NCBI RefSeq assembly: GCF_020745735.1
Contig: NC_083409.1
Location: forward strand, 93,950,048 to 94,014,047
Reading direction: 5' to 3'
Length of the DNA: 64,000 nt
Source: Hemiscyllium ocellatum
Lineage: Eukaryota
Shown here: piece after piece, positions 13,297 through 26,015 of the stretch
How positions within the stretch are numbered: position 1 is the first letter of the stretch
Layout: the number at the start of each line of letters is the position of its first letter
The notes under the pieces: model-generated
The model's input: the letters and a program-made list of their open reading frames with translations, nothing else
Told to the model about the DNA's origin: nothing
The model's database searches: none
Translations under genes and position numbers: made by a program

Positions 13297-13838
13297 TAAA
13301 GTCAAAAACCACACAACATCAGGTTATTAGATTACTTACAGTGTGGAAACAGGTCCTTCGGCCCAACAAGTCCACACCGACCCGCCGAAGCGCAACCCAC
13401 CCATACCCCTACATTATCCCTTACCACTATGGGCAATTTAGAATGGCCAATTCACCTGACCCGCACATCTTTGGACTGTGGGAGGAAACCGGAGCACCCG
13501 GAGGAAACCCACGCAGACACGGGGAGAACGTGCAAACTCCACACAGTCAGTCGCCTGAGTCGGGAATTGAACCCGGGTCTCCAGGCGTTGTGAGGCAGCA
13601 GTGCTAACCACTGTGCCACCGTGTCCAACAGGTTTAATTGGAAGCACTAGCTTTCGGAGCGCCGCTCCTTCATCAGTGTTCATCATCAGTGTTCATGGTT
13701 GTGCAACACATGATGAACACTGATGAAGGAGCGGCGCTCCGAAAGCTAGTGCTTCCAATTAAACCTGTTGGACTATAACCTGATGTTGTGTGGTTTTTAA
13801 CTTTGTACATCCCAGTCCAACACCAACATCTCCAAATC
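13297..13838. mobile_element. PLE-type fold-back element, family C, hammerhead cores on both strands, interrupted by an HE1 SINE
   Basis: Inverted arms; CTGATGA-A-GGAGC-GGC-GCTCC-GAAA-GC-TA at 13720-13748 (+) and its mirror at ~13648-13676 (-); 14-bp TSD ATGACAAATTTGGA at 13283-13296 and 13839-13852. Confidence 0.88.
13328..13623 (-). mobile_element. HE1-type V-SINE (young, CpG-rich)
   Basis: Intact A/B boxes and V-domain, many CpGs retained. Confidence 0.93.
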
Positions 13839-14346
13839 ATGACAAATTTGGAGCACTTAACAGTGGAAATAATTCAAGGAAACAGAGAAAAGTGAAACTG
13901 ATTGAATTGCTCAACATCATCATTTTGGAAAATGTTTTGAGATCCAGTTTTGTCCCCTCAGTGACTGTTATTTCTAATGTCCAACTTAAGTGTGAAGAAA
14001 TCAAAAGCATTAAATAGATGCATGTTTCACAATAGCTCAAGGTAACCATACTAATTAATTTTCTCCTATGTCATTTAATAGCTTCATTAAAGAATCATTT
14101 ACCTGAGTAGCTGCCCTTTGGTGAAAGTTGAGGTTTGAATTTGAGATATTTGCTCTGGAGGTTTTATTGCGATGGGTGAACACTGATTCTGCAGTCTGAG
14201 CATGTGTTGCTAATACAACTTCTCACTTTTCCTCAGTAACCAAACTCAGATGCCAGCATTATCCAAGGTTGCTTTTCAAAGGCGCTTGAAGAGAACTTCA
14301 ACGACAAATTTCAGAAGAGTGTGCATGTCTGTGTGAGTGGGAGCGT

Positions 14347-14366
14347 GAGAGAGAGAGAGAGAGAGG
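14347..14366. repeat. (GA)n microsatellite
   Basis: Seen directly. Confidence 0.9.
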
Positions 14367-15737
14367 GAGAAAGACAGAGCTACACTTCAGAAGTGGCAGA
14401 TTATATTGATTACACACTTTTGTAGCTCTTGTCTGTTCACAGCTTTGAATATTTTGGTTTTATTGCTTATGAAATGATTCGAATAGAAACTGAATAATGA
14501 ATTTGTGACTAAACTTTTAAAAATGAATACTGTTCCTTCAATCTTGAAAAGCTTGTCAAATGTTAAAAGAGAGGAAGAAGAGAGAAACAGTCATGCGCCT
14601 GGATTTTCTGCTCAAGTTATGCTGTTGAAATAAATGAAAAGGATGGGTATATAATGGGTGTCTGATCTGATATTGGCCATTTTACAGTTGAACATTCAAG
14701 GTTTAGATCGATTGCAAGAACTCACATCTGAGTTCTAAAGAGAGTTCTGCACTCAAATCATTGACCCGTGTTTTCTCTAAGAAAGCTGACAGACTTTTTG
14801 CTTATTCCAAACGTTTGCTGATTTTAACTATTTGTTTTACCCACTATTGTTCTAACCTAAAAGTGTTTAGTGTTTCAGATTGGTGTGAAATGTCAACAAA
14901 CATGCAGGTAAGATTGTATGCACTCAAGCAAGATAAGTAAACCTTCTGTAGAGTTTTAATTAATTTTCTCATCCTGCATTTAGCTCTGCAAGACCAATTA
15001 AACACCCACAAATTTGAGACACTCAAATGGATAGGATTATTTTGCAAAGAATTAAAATTAATTTGCTGAACTAAATTAAAATGTACTCTGCGCCTCTCCT
15101 ACAGTTCAGTCTCTACTTAAACTATGCATAGCTGACTTTGCTTCCATCTCCAGTATAACCACAATTCATGTCTAATTTAACTCGGCATCGCCCACAAATT
15201 TCTGATTACCAACTTTCCTTTAGAGTCTTCTGGGTTTTCTGATGGTTCCATTTGCAAAGTCATTGGACATTAATTAAAAAAGAAAGTGCTGGAAAAGACT
15301 CAACAGGTCTGGCAGCGTGTGTGAAGAGAGAGAAAAAAAGTGACAAACTTAAAACATTAACCCTGTTTCTATTATGCTGTGCTTCCTGAAGAGACCAAAT
15401 ATCTGTCTAACCCAATCTTAGTATGTTTTCAACAATGATGTACCCACAAACCTATAGAGTAGAGAATTCCACACGTTCACAACACTTTGAGTGAAGTAGT
15501 TTTTCCTTGTCTCAGTCCTAAATGATCTAAATGGTGCAAAGTCTTTTCTGATGTATGTGTTGTGTCATGGGGGTGCAAGAGTGTCACAAGAATATTATGG
15601 GTGACAGCTCTTCACCAATACCACAGCACCGTGTAATTTAGGCTGAAGTTTCTGGAGTTGAAATGAATGTATGATATAGAGGCCTAAAAGAATCTGAAAT
15701 GATTAATACAGAGGAGTACAATAAACAGTACCCTACT

Positions 15738-16016
15738 GGGCAGCGCAATGGCTCAGTGGTCAGCACCTCACAGGGCCAGGGAGCAGATTCGATTCCAACC
15801 TCGGTGACTGTCTGTGTGGAATTTGCATATTCTCCATGTGTCTGGTCGGGTTTCCTCCTGCAGTCCAAAGATGTGCAGTCTAGGTGGACTAGACATGGGA
15901 AATGTAAGGTGTACAGGGATAGGTTAAGGGTCTGGATGGGGTGCTCTTTGGAGGGTTAGTGTGGACTGTATGGGCAGAATGGCCTGTTTCCACACTGTGG
16001 GGATTTTATGATTATG
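15738..16016 (+). mobile_element. HE1-type V-SINE
   Basis: gggcagcgcaatggctcagtgg head, V-domain, ggcctgtttccacactgt tail. Confidence 0.88.
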
Positions 16017-16824
16017 GACTTGTGGGAAGAACAGTCTAGGATCTGGACGGAATGTAACGTAAGATCTGGTCCTCTTCAAAGTAACAATTGTATCATTGTA
16101 ACTTGCAACTTGCTAACATACGATAAACTACCGCTTGTTAGTTATAAATCTCTTCTAGTTAGAACAGGGAGTTGTTTTTCTCTACCACACTAAATCAATC
16201 AGGCTGTGTAGTTTCCTACACTTAAGGAGGATGGCGGCAGCAATCTTCATCATGAGCAGCACAGTGTCAGGAGCTGGTATCTCTATACAACATTTAGGCC
16301 AAGGTGTGGAGTTGATTTTGATTGCTCGTGAGCAGCAGTGCGAGATTTTCAGACTCAGCTTTAACTCACAACACAGTCAGTAGCTGAGAAGAGCTGAAGG
16401 TTTCACAACCCAACAGAAGAAACCCTTATGGTAATTCTCAGCAGGGTCGAATTCTTCAGTGAATGGCCAACATTTCAGACCTGGTAAGGGATGTGCTGCA
16501 ACAAGAGAGTTAGCAATTCCCTGGAGACGGAGAATTAGTAACTCCAAAGCAAATGCAGACTGAAGTGTGGCCTGTAGGAGTACTGCTGAATCAGAGTCAG
16601 TGTTCAGGAAAAGACATCAGAACTTCTGTGATTAAAGCTTAATATCCCTTGTGGTTTGGGAAAACTTTAAAAGAGTTCAGTAATCCACAGCTCAATTTGG
16701 CTGCCATCAACACAGTGAATGAGTACCAACAGATGCAGCTGCAGAAAAAGGGCAATGAAAAAGATAACAAATCGAACCATACAGTGTGAAAACAGGCCAT
16801 TTGGCCCAAGTCCACACCGAACGT

Positions 16825-17350
16825 ATAGGAAGATGGTCATGGCTGTTGCAAATCAGTCATCTCAACTCCAGGATATCTCTGCAGGAGTTCTACCTAGTAG
16901 TGTCCTAGGCCCAACTATCTTCAGCTGCTTTACCAATGACTTTCCCTCCATCATATGGATAGAAGTGGAGATGTTTGGCGATACACAATGTTCAGCACCG
17001 TTTGTGACTCCTCGGATACTGAAGCATTCCATGTTCAAACACAACAAGATCTGGACAAGTGGAAAGTAATGTTTGTGCCACACAAATACCAGGTAATGAC
17101 TTCACCAACAAGAGACAATCTAACTATCACCACATTCAATTGTGTTACCATCACTGAATTCCCTCACTATCAATCTCCTGGGGGTTATGATTCAACTGTA
17201 TTTACCACATAAATGCAGTGCTGCAGGAGCAGGTCAGAGGTTCAGAATACAGTGGTGAGCAAGTCACCCCCTGTCTCCCAAAAGCTTGTCTACCAACTAC
17301 AAGGCACAATTCAGGAGTCCAATGGAATACTTTCCACTTGTCTGGATGGG
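16825..17350 (+). mobile_element. LINE RT fragment (second CR1/L2-group family)
   Basis: ORF 16719-17069 'ISAGVLPSSVLGPTIFSCFTNDFP..MFGD' is a decayed PQGS/FADD RT segment. Confidence 0.8.
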
Positions 17351-17744
17351 TAGATTTGTGAGACAGAGAGTACTCAGACTCTCAGACATTCCTTGCTGTG
17401 TTATATCTTATGATCAATATGTCAATTTAGCTTTAAGAGACATGTTCCTGAAATCATCACTATCATAATATAAAGGTCTCATATTCCATCTTATGTCAGA
17501 TCACTTGAAGTATGGCAGTCTCCGAGAAGCGTCCTGATCTGTTGCAATGTAATAGTTTAAAATTAGGTCAGACACCTATGTGCCTGAGGAGTCCAATGTG
17601 TGCACATAATGATTAGTTACAAAAAATATTTGCTGAATTCTTCAATACCACAATATTCACATCCAGTTTTGAATGTTAAGAAGACAGCATTAGTGTTGCT
17701 GCATCAGCTAAAATACGCTGCTGGAAGCCATTGCACAAAGATAC

Positions 17745-19410
17745 AAAGGGATGAAGATAGGTGAGGACCTGGAAACAGTCATTATTATAGAAGAGGTAGT
17801 GCTGGGTAAGCTAATGGAGCTAAGGGTAGACAAGTCTCCTTTTCCTGGTGGAATGCATCCCAGGCTAATAAAAGAGATAGCAGGAGAAATAGCAAGTGCA
17901 CTTGTGGTATTTTCCAAAATTCACTGGACTTTGGGACAGTTACAGCAGACTGGAAAACAACAAATGTGATGCACTGTTTAAAAAGGGAGGTAGACAAAAG
18001 ATGGGGAATTATAGACCGGTTAGCTTAATTTCTGTAGTTGGGAAAATGCTTGAGTCTATTATCAAGGAAGAAATAGCAAGGCATTGAGATAGAAATTGTC
18101 CCGTTGGGCAGATGCAGCATGGATTCATGAAGGGCAGGTCATGCTTAACTAATCTTTTGCAATTCTATGAAGACATTATGAGCAAGGTGGACTATGGGAA
18201 CCCAGTAGCTGTGGTGTACCTAGATATCCAAAAAACCTCCAACAAGATGCCGCACAAAAGGTTGCTGCATAGGATGCAAGGTATTACAAATAAAGTATTG
18301 GCATGGATAGAGGATTGGTTGACTAACAGGAAACAAAGAGTGGGGATAAATGAGTGCTATTCTGATTGGCAATCAGTAACTAGTAGTGTGCCTCAGGGAT
18401 CAGTGTTGGGACCACAATTATTCACATTATATGTAGATTATTTGGATTTGGGAACCACATGTAGTATGTCAAAGTTTGCAGATGACACTAAGATGAGTGG
18501 CAGAGCAAAGTGTGCAGAGAACTGTGAAACTGCCGAGGAACATAGATGCTTCAAGTGAGTTGACAAAGTTCTGGCAAATGGAATATAATATTAATAAATG
18601 TGAAGTCACCCATTTTGGTAGGAGTAACAGTAAAAACAATTATTACTTGAATGGTAAAAGTTGCAACATGCTGCTATGCAGAGGGACCTGGGTGTCTTTG
18701 TGTAGGAATCACAGAAGTTGGTCTCTAGGTACAACAAGTAATTAGGAAGGCAAATGGAATTTTGTTCTTCATTGCTAAAGGGATTGAGTTTAAAAGCAGG
18801 CAAGTTATGTTGCAGCTGTACAGGGTGCTGGTGAGGCCACACCTGGAGTACTGTATGCAGTTTTGGTCGCCTTACTTCAGAAAGGATCTACTGGCACCGG
18901 AGGAGATGCAGAGGAGGTTCACGAAGCTGATTCCATAGTTAAGGGGGGTTGGCTTATGAGGAAAGACTGAGTAGACTGGGATTATATTCATCAGAATTTA
19001 GAAGAATGAGGGAGTATCTTAGAGAAATATATAAAATTATGAAGGGAATCGATAAGATAGAAGTAGAGAAGATATTTCCACTGGCGGGTGAAACTGAGAC
19101 ATGACGGCACAGCCTGAAAATTGGGCTTAGCAGATTTAGGACTGAATTGAGAAGGAACTTCTTCACGCAGAGGGTTGTGAATCTATGAATTTCCTTGCCC
19201 AGTGTAGTAGTTAATGTTGATTCAGTAAACGGTTTTAAAGCTAAGATAGATTTTAGAACAATAAAGGAAGTAAGGGATATGGTGAGGGGGGTGGAGGTAA
19301 ATGGAGCTGAGTCTTCAAAAAGGCCAGCCATGATCTTATTGAATGACAGAGCAGACTCGAAGGGCCAGATGGCCAACTCCTGCTTCTAGTTATGATGTTC
19401 TTACATTCTT
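17745..19410 (+). mobile_element. 5'-truncated CR1 LINE
   Basis: 'NYRPVSLISVVGK', 'QHGFMKGRSCLTNL', 'VPQGSVLGPQLF..KFADD' (ORF 18112-18558) and 3' tail. Confidence 0.93.
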
Positions 19411-20259
19411 ATTTCTAATCAAGAAAATATCATTGTTAAATATTTTAGATGGTAGGAGAGATAGATTTATACCTTAGCCTTTCTGGTCCACACCTTTGAA
19501 AATCATGGTACATGTCAACACTAAATGAGTACCAGCCTGAGATCTGACAGTGGCAAAGCATTGCAGCTGGAATCTGGCCTCAGATACTTGCTCATGTTTC
19601 CAGAAGCAGTTACAGGGTGGTGACATTCCACTCCCTTGTTGAAAATTCTGATTCCCACTATGCTGTGAGTATGTTTCAAAAAGACACACTTACTGCAGAC
19701 CAGTCTGGAATCGGCCATCTCATCACAGAACCAGGAGATTCCTGATTTACGGCTCCCAACACTGCCTTACAAAAGCAAAAATACTGTGGATGCTGGAAAC
19801 AGGAATTAAAAACATAAAATGCTAAAAAAATACATCGTACATCAAGCAACAACAATAGAGGGAACAAAACAAAGTTCACATTTCAGGTCGTCAACTTACC
19901 TCCAGAAGGAGAAGTCAGGATTGGAGATGAGGGTTCTTGTGTGATCTGGAGTTCCGAAGACATGGAGGGGCAGGGACAGACATCATGGACCCCAGTGCTG
20001 CTCCTGGTTCCCCTCCCAAACCTCAGGCCAGGCCCCACAATAGCATTTTTTAAGACAGACGTGGTGTGTTTCTCCATCAATCACTGCTTATTTGAAGCTG
20101 GTGAACCCAACTCCATCTCAGCCCAGCACCCCAACCTCCCTCTGCTGCCCTACCACCCCCCACCCATCTACCCCCCACCCCCCCACCGCCGGACAGTCAT
20201 TTCCAGGTTTTACTGCATTTTCCTTCCATGAGGTTCTTCTTGGGGCATCTACCAACACC

Positions 20260-20500
20260 TACAAGTTCCCGTCCACACCACTTATCATCCTGACTTGGAA
20301 ATATATCGCCATTCCTTCACTGTCGTTGGGTCAAAATCCTGGAGTTCCCTCCCTAAGGGCATTGTGAGTCAACCCACATCAAAGGGACTGCAATGGTTCA
20401 AGAAGGCAGCTCACCACCATCTTCTCAAGTGGCAACTAGGGACAAGCAATAAATTCTGGTTCAGCCAGCAACACCCATGTTCCAGATGCATTTAAAAAGA
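20260..20500 (+). mobile_element. LINE 3' end (second family)
   Basis: cctgacttggaaatatatcgcc..gcagctcaccaccatcttctcaag tail shared with several copies in the window. Confidence 0.75.
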
Positions 20501-20613
20501 ATGTACATTGCCTTTTTTTGGTATTAATTTTTAAATAATCAATTTAAAAGGTTGTGAGCTGCCAATGGGACATTTTGAGGATATACATGTCATTAGATAG
20601 CGTGAGCAAGTGA

Positions 20614-20617
<4 letters not shown>

Positions 20618-20669
<52 letters not shown>
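20618..20669. repeat. (GT)n microsatellite
   Basis: Seen directly. Confidence 0.98.
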
Positions 20670-20670
<1 letters not shown>

Positions 20671-20920
20671 CAAAGTATTACCATATTGGTCCCACCACAT
20701 TACAATGAATGTGAAAATTAAAGTCGCAACAGGGGAAAAATGTTGATCAACTTGATCTTTTAGTTAATTTTAATCAGTGACACACCATTCAATTTATCTC
20801 ATTTATAGGAATTCCTATTATTCACATCAGGGGATGAGATTTACAGATTTTTTTTGGAGGATTCTAGTCACAGGGTAATTACCCATTGGACTTTTCAATT
20901 TCCTAAGCAATTTCTTGTCT

Positions 20921-21234
20921 GACACGATGGCTCAGTGGTTACCACTGCTGCCTCACAGCACCAGGAACCTGAGTTTGATTCCCACCTCATATGACTGCCT
21001 GTGTGGAGTTTGCACATTCTCCCCGTGTCTGTGTGGGTTTCCTCCGGGTGCTCTGCTTTCCACTCACAATCCAAAAGACGTGCAGGTTGAGTGAATTGGC
21101 CATGCTAAATTGCCCACAGTGTTGGGTGCATTAGTCAGGGGTAAATATAGGGTAGGGGAATGAATCTGGGTGGGTTACTCTTTGGAGGGTGGATGTAGAT
21201 TTGTTGGGCCAAAGGGTAGGGAATCTAATCTAAT
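20921..21234 (+). mobile_element. HE1-type V-SINE
   Basis: tRNA head, V-domain, (AATCT)n tail. Confidence 0.9.
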
Positions 21235-21244
21235 TCTTGTTATT

Positions 21245-21560
21245 TTTTTACAAGATGAGGGCATCAGCAGCATTTATTGTCCATTCCTAATTGCCCAAAG
21301 GTAGTTAAGAGTCAAGCACATTGCAATGGGTCTAGAGTCATGTAAAGGCAGTTTCTTTCCCTAAAAGTCATTAGTGAACCAGGTGGGTTCTTCCCCCAAC
21401 AATCAGCAATGGATTTGTAGTCCTCATTAGACTTTTAATGGATTCAAGTTCCACCATTTGCCACGACAGGATCTGAACATTAATCCAGAGTCCTCACAAC
21501 ATTAAATGGGACTCTGGATTAATCTCCCAGCAATAATACCATTAGGCCATCACCTCCCTC
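21245..21560 (-). mobile_element. tRNA-derived SINE, second family (LINE-shared tail)
   Basis: Reverse complement resembles 31266-31622 (gggaggtgatggcctaatggtatt head; ctggttcactaatg..tttagggaaag core). Confidence 0.75.
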
Positions 21561-22174
21561 AAATTCCCTCTGACTCAGCTGCATTGGGATTTCCACATGG
21601 TCCTGACACACAACTCCAGGTTACAGTGCTGCAATAACTATCCAGCCACTGGAATATCTGGGCCAGTAGCTTTAATTTAGACAGATGTGCTGCATTTCTC
21701 CGACAATCGCTGTGCTTGTTTCTGATTTCCAGCAACTGCAGTATTTTGCTTTGTTTAAAATTTTATTTACGGACTGTTTTATAGTAGTTTCACTTTGCCA
21801 CATGGTGTGCAAGAGAGAGCATGGTAATTTGGTATTGCTTGATTCCTGTGATAATCCATACTGTAATTTATGATCAAATCACAGTCAGACATATTTCTTT
21901 GGATTACAAGAATTAGCAAATTAACAATTACTGAATTTTGACTCAAAAACATGGTGACAGTGGGAAACATGTCTACATGTACTTTTGTATTTGCATATGT
22001 AGAGGGAAGATCAGTTAGCAATCAGTTAGCACAAAGCAGCATCTTCACAATGAGAAACTTCAGTACAAAACCTCACCAGCTCCATACCCACGAGATGCCT
22101 CCTTTGAGCATTTTTCTCCATTGGGTGACCCAGAGTGAACTCAAAACTTTTATCTGGAGCTTGCAAATACACAG

Positions 22175-22315
22175 GAGAAAGTGAGGACTGCAGAGCTGAA
22201 AATGTGTTGCTGCAAATGCACAGCAGGTCAGGCAGCATCCAAGGAGCAGGAGAATCGATGTTTCGGGCATGAGCCCTTCTTCAGGAATCTATCGACGTTT
22301 CGGGCATGAGCCCTT
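22175..22315 (-). mobile_element. PLE-derived short element, family A, with tandem (one full, one partial) hammerhead cores
   Basis: Full core at 22253-22288 and partial copy at 22291-22318 on minus strand; imperfect TSD CTTGCAAA(TA)CACAG at 22160-22174 and 22316-22328. Confidence 0.82.
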
Positions 22316-23049
22316 CTTGCAAACACAGTCTCTTTCTACCAGCACAGCAAAGCAACAATGAGATACTGCACCTGCCCCCAGTTTCGATTATCCTTGCACC
22401 CTCATGATTGCAGCATGCACTGAATTAAGGTGAAAAAACTCTAGTGAACAAAGGGGAGTTGAAAGACACTTACAATACCTTGGCTTGACTTGTTTTGCTC
22501 CTTATGAATAGCTGTGTAAATGTGAAAAGAGTACAGCTGTGCAAATTCAATGATACAAATGTCAATTCAATATCCCAACATGTAAATAAGATTTTTTTTC
22601 AGTGTATTGCCAGGGCAGTGATTTAAAATGAACCATACTTTCTGCAGCTATTGTGAGTCTAACTCCATCTGAATCAGTTCAATCTTGTCCCCAGTCTGGG
22701 AGGTAACTGAACTTTAATGAATAGTGTTTAACAATCCAAAAACTATTCCTATCTGATCATAACAATGGACTTGGTAACTTTATCAAGTCTGCTACTCAAA
22801 ATTGAACTGGAAGATTGGAAAGAGTTTCTGCACAGGAAAAACTAAAGATGTTTATTTAAACAGGAAAGGAGGTCAGTAAATGTAGGGAGAAGGGGCACAT
22901 TTTAAATAACATTTTCAATTTTGAAAGTTTACTCTTACTTGTTATATGATATTTAAAAACTAGTCATTTCTGGTTTTGGTAAAGTGATACATAATTTAAA
23001 TACCGAATTATAATTTCTACTGACCAGATATAGCAGATTAATCCAAAGG

Positions 23050-23780
23050 CTACAGAGATTGTCTGAGGAGGGATTGAGAAGATTGTGTCTGTATTCTCTG
23101 GAATTTTAAGGACTGAGAGTTGATCTCATTCGAAGTTGTAACATTTCAGCAGGGTTGGACAGCGAGGTTAATAGAAAAGGACACTCCCTTTGTCTCGTTT
23201 CTCTGGAACCAGGAGGCACAGGATGAGGATAAGGGCTGAACTGCGATATGGAGTAACGCCTTCACTCTGATAGGTGAGTCTTTAGAATTCCCTACCCCTA
23301 AGAACTGTGAAAGATCAAAGATTGAGCAGGTTCAAGATAGGAATTGATAGTTTCGAGTGATGAATGATATCCAGGGATATGGAAATGGTGAGGGAAAATG
23401 GTGTGATGGTAGACCATCAGCAAGGACCCAATGGGATGTAAGGCAGACTGATGGGCTGAATCTTTGGGATATTGCCTGGGATGGGGTGCTTCAGCAATGA
23501 AGACAGGCTCAGGAAGCTCAGGCTTGTGTTCCCTAGAACAGATAAGGCTGACAGCAGACCTGACAGAGGTGTTTAAGATTATGAGGGGCATGGACACAGG
23601 GGCATGTTCCCCTGAGTGAAAGGGTCAGCAACAAAGGGGCATTATTTCAAGGTGAAAGGCAGGAGGTTTAGAGTGTATTTGGGATAGTGTAGAGGGATGA
23701 ACTGAGAATAGTTCACAGGTCGGCGCAACATCGAGGGCTGAAGGGCCTGTTCTGCACTGTATTGTTCTATGTTCTATGTT
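23050..23780 (+). mobile_element. Cluster of short CR1 3'-end fragments
   Basis: Three successive CR1 C-terminal/3' UTR pieces, the last ending in (TTCTATG)n. Confidence 0.7.
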
Positions 23781-23943
23781 GTGAGGGAGTTGCAAGATGA
23801 GTTTTTTTAAAAATATGCATCTGCAGTAATACTGCCATAATTGGTAAGTTTGTAAACTATATCTGCTCTGGTGAAAACCTTAAGTGCCTTGTTTGTTCAA
23901 CCATAGCCTCAGTGAGCAGTGTCAGCCTCACAATTCCATAGTT

Positions 23944-25350
23944 AAGACCATAAGAGATAGGAGTGGAAGTAAGGCCATTCAGCCCATCGAGTCCACTCAG
24001 CCATTCAATCATGACTGATGGACATTTGAATGCCACTTACCCGCACTCTCCCCACATCCCTTAATTCCTTGCGAGATTAAGAATTTATCAATCTCTGCCT
24101 TGAAGACATTTTGACTTCCATGGGCCCACCACTCTCTGGCTGAAGAAATGTCTCCTCAGTTCTATTCCAAATTGACCCCCATTCTAAATTCTAAGGCTGT
24201 GCCCACGGGTCCTAGTATCCCTGCCTGACGGAAACAAATTCCCAGCATCCACCCTTTCTAAGCCATGCATTATCTTGTAAGTTTCTATTAGATCTCCCCC
24301 CTGCCTTCTGAACTCTAATCAATACAATCCTAGGATCCTCAGCTATTCATCGTATGTTAGGTCTACCATTCCAGGGATCATCTGTGTGAATCTCCGCTGG
24401 ACATGTTCCAGTGCCAGTATGTCCTTCCTGAGGTGTGGGGCCCAAAACTAGACACAGTATTCTAAATGGGGCCTAACCAGAGCTTTATAAAGTCTCAGGC
24501 ACACATCGCTGCTTTTACATTCTAATCCTCTTGTGATAAATGACAACATTACATTTGCTTACTTAACCACAGTCTCAACCTGCAAGTCAACCTTTAGAGA
24601 ATCCTGGACTAGAACTCGAGATCCCTTTGTACTTTGGCTTTATGAATTTTCTCACCATTTATAAAATAGTCCATGCCTGTATTCTTTTTTCCAAAGTGAA
24701 AGACCTCGCATTTGCTCATGTTGAATTTCATCAGCCATTTTCCCAAACTGTCTAAATCTTTCTGCAGCTGAAAATGTGTTGCTGGAAAAGCACAGCAGGT
24801 CAGGCAGCATCCAAGGAGCAGGAGAGTCAACGTTTCGGGCATGAGCCCTTCTTCCTGAAGTAGAGCTCTGGCCCGAAACGTTGACTCTCCTGCTCCTTAG
24901 ATGATGCCTGACTTGCTGCGCTTTTCCAGCAACACATTTTCAGTTCTGATCTCCAGCATCTTCAGTCCCCACTTTCTCCTAAATCTTTCTTCAGCCTCCT
25001 CACCTCCTCAGAACTACCTGTCTGGCCGCCTAACTTTGTATCATTGGCGAACTTCACCAAAATGCCCCCAGTCTCTTCATCCAGATCATTTATATATAAA
25101 GTGAACAGCTGTGGCCCCAACACTAAACCCTGCAGGATACCACTTGTCACCAGCTGTCATTCTGAAAAAGAACCTTTTATCCCAACTCTCTGCCTTCTAT
25201 CAGACAGCCAATCCTCAAACCATGCCAGTAGCTCACCTTGAACACCATGGGCCCTCACCTTAGTCAGCAGCCTCCTGTGAGGCACCTTATCAAAGGCTTT
25301 TTGGAAGTCGAGATAGATAACATGCACTGGGTTTCCCTAGTCTAACATAC
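23944..25350 (-). mobile_element. CR1 LINE 3' half, interrupted by a fold-back element
   Basis: ORF 24962-25150 'QGLVLGPQLFTLYINDL..KFAND'; tail cttatggtcttaa at ~23945. Confidence 0.9.
24769..24978. mobile_element. PLE-derived fold-back element, family A
   Basis: Inverted arms around ~24855; 17-bp TSD CTAAATCTTTCT(G/T)CAGC at 24752-24768 and 24979-24995. Confidence 0.9.
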
Positions 25351-25419
25351 TTGTTCCCTCTTCAAAGTTAGAAATAATAAAAAGTAATAAGAACAGATCG
25401 TCATTTTCAAGAAAAACGG

Positions 25420-26010
25420 TGGAGAAACTCAGCAGATCTGGCAATCCGTAACAAAGGAAAACAGAAATTGTTTGAGAAACTCAGCAGGTCTGACTCAAAA
25501 CATTATATTCCCTACAGTATGGGAACAGGCCTTTCGGCCCAATAAGTCCACACTGACCCTCCAAACAGTAACTCATCCAGACCCATTCCCTTTATGTATC
25601 CCTGACTAATGCAGTTAGCACAATGGGCAATTTAGCATAGTCAATTCACCTGACCTGCTTATCTTTGGATTGTGGGAGGAAATCAGAGCACCCAGAGGAA
25701 ACCCACACAGACACGGGGAGAATGTGCAAATGCCACACAGACAGTCACCCATAGCAGGAATCAAACCCAGGTCCCTGGTGCTGTGAGGCAGCAATGCTAA
25801 CCACTGAGCCACCATACCACCACGAACATTAACTCTGGTGAAAACCATAAATGGCTCATGTTTTGACACTTAGCCTCAAAGTGCCTATCAATCCGAACAC
25901 TGTTCGTATCCGATCACAGATCTCTCTTACAGATGCGGCCAGACCTGCTGAGTTTCTGCAGTGGCCTGTGTCTGTGCTTGTTTCAAATCTCCAGCATCTG
26001 CAGTTCTTTG
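25420..26010. mobile_element. Degenerate PLE-type fold-back element (family D) containing an HE1 SINE
   Basis: gagaaactcagcaggtctg on the left and cagacctgctgagtttct..ccagcatctgcagttctttg on the right. Confidence 0.55.
25506..25822 (-). mobile_element. HE1-type V-SINE
   Basis: tRNA head and V-domain on minus strand. Confidence 0.9.
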
Positions 26011-26015
26011 TTGTA

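Noticed and set aside
13560-13623. tRNA gene-like A/B boxes (also in the other SINE heads)
   Set aside because: They continue into V-domain SINE bodies, so they are not standalone tRNA genes
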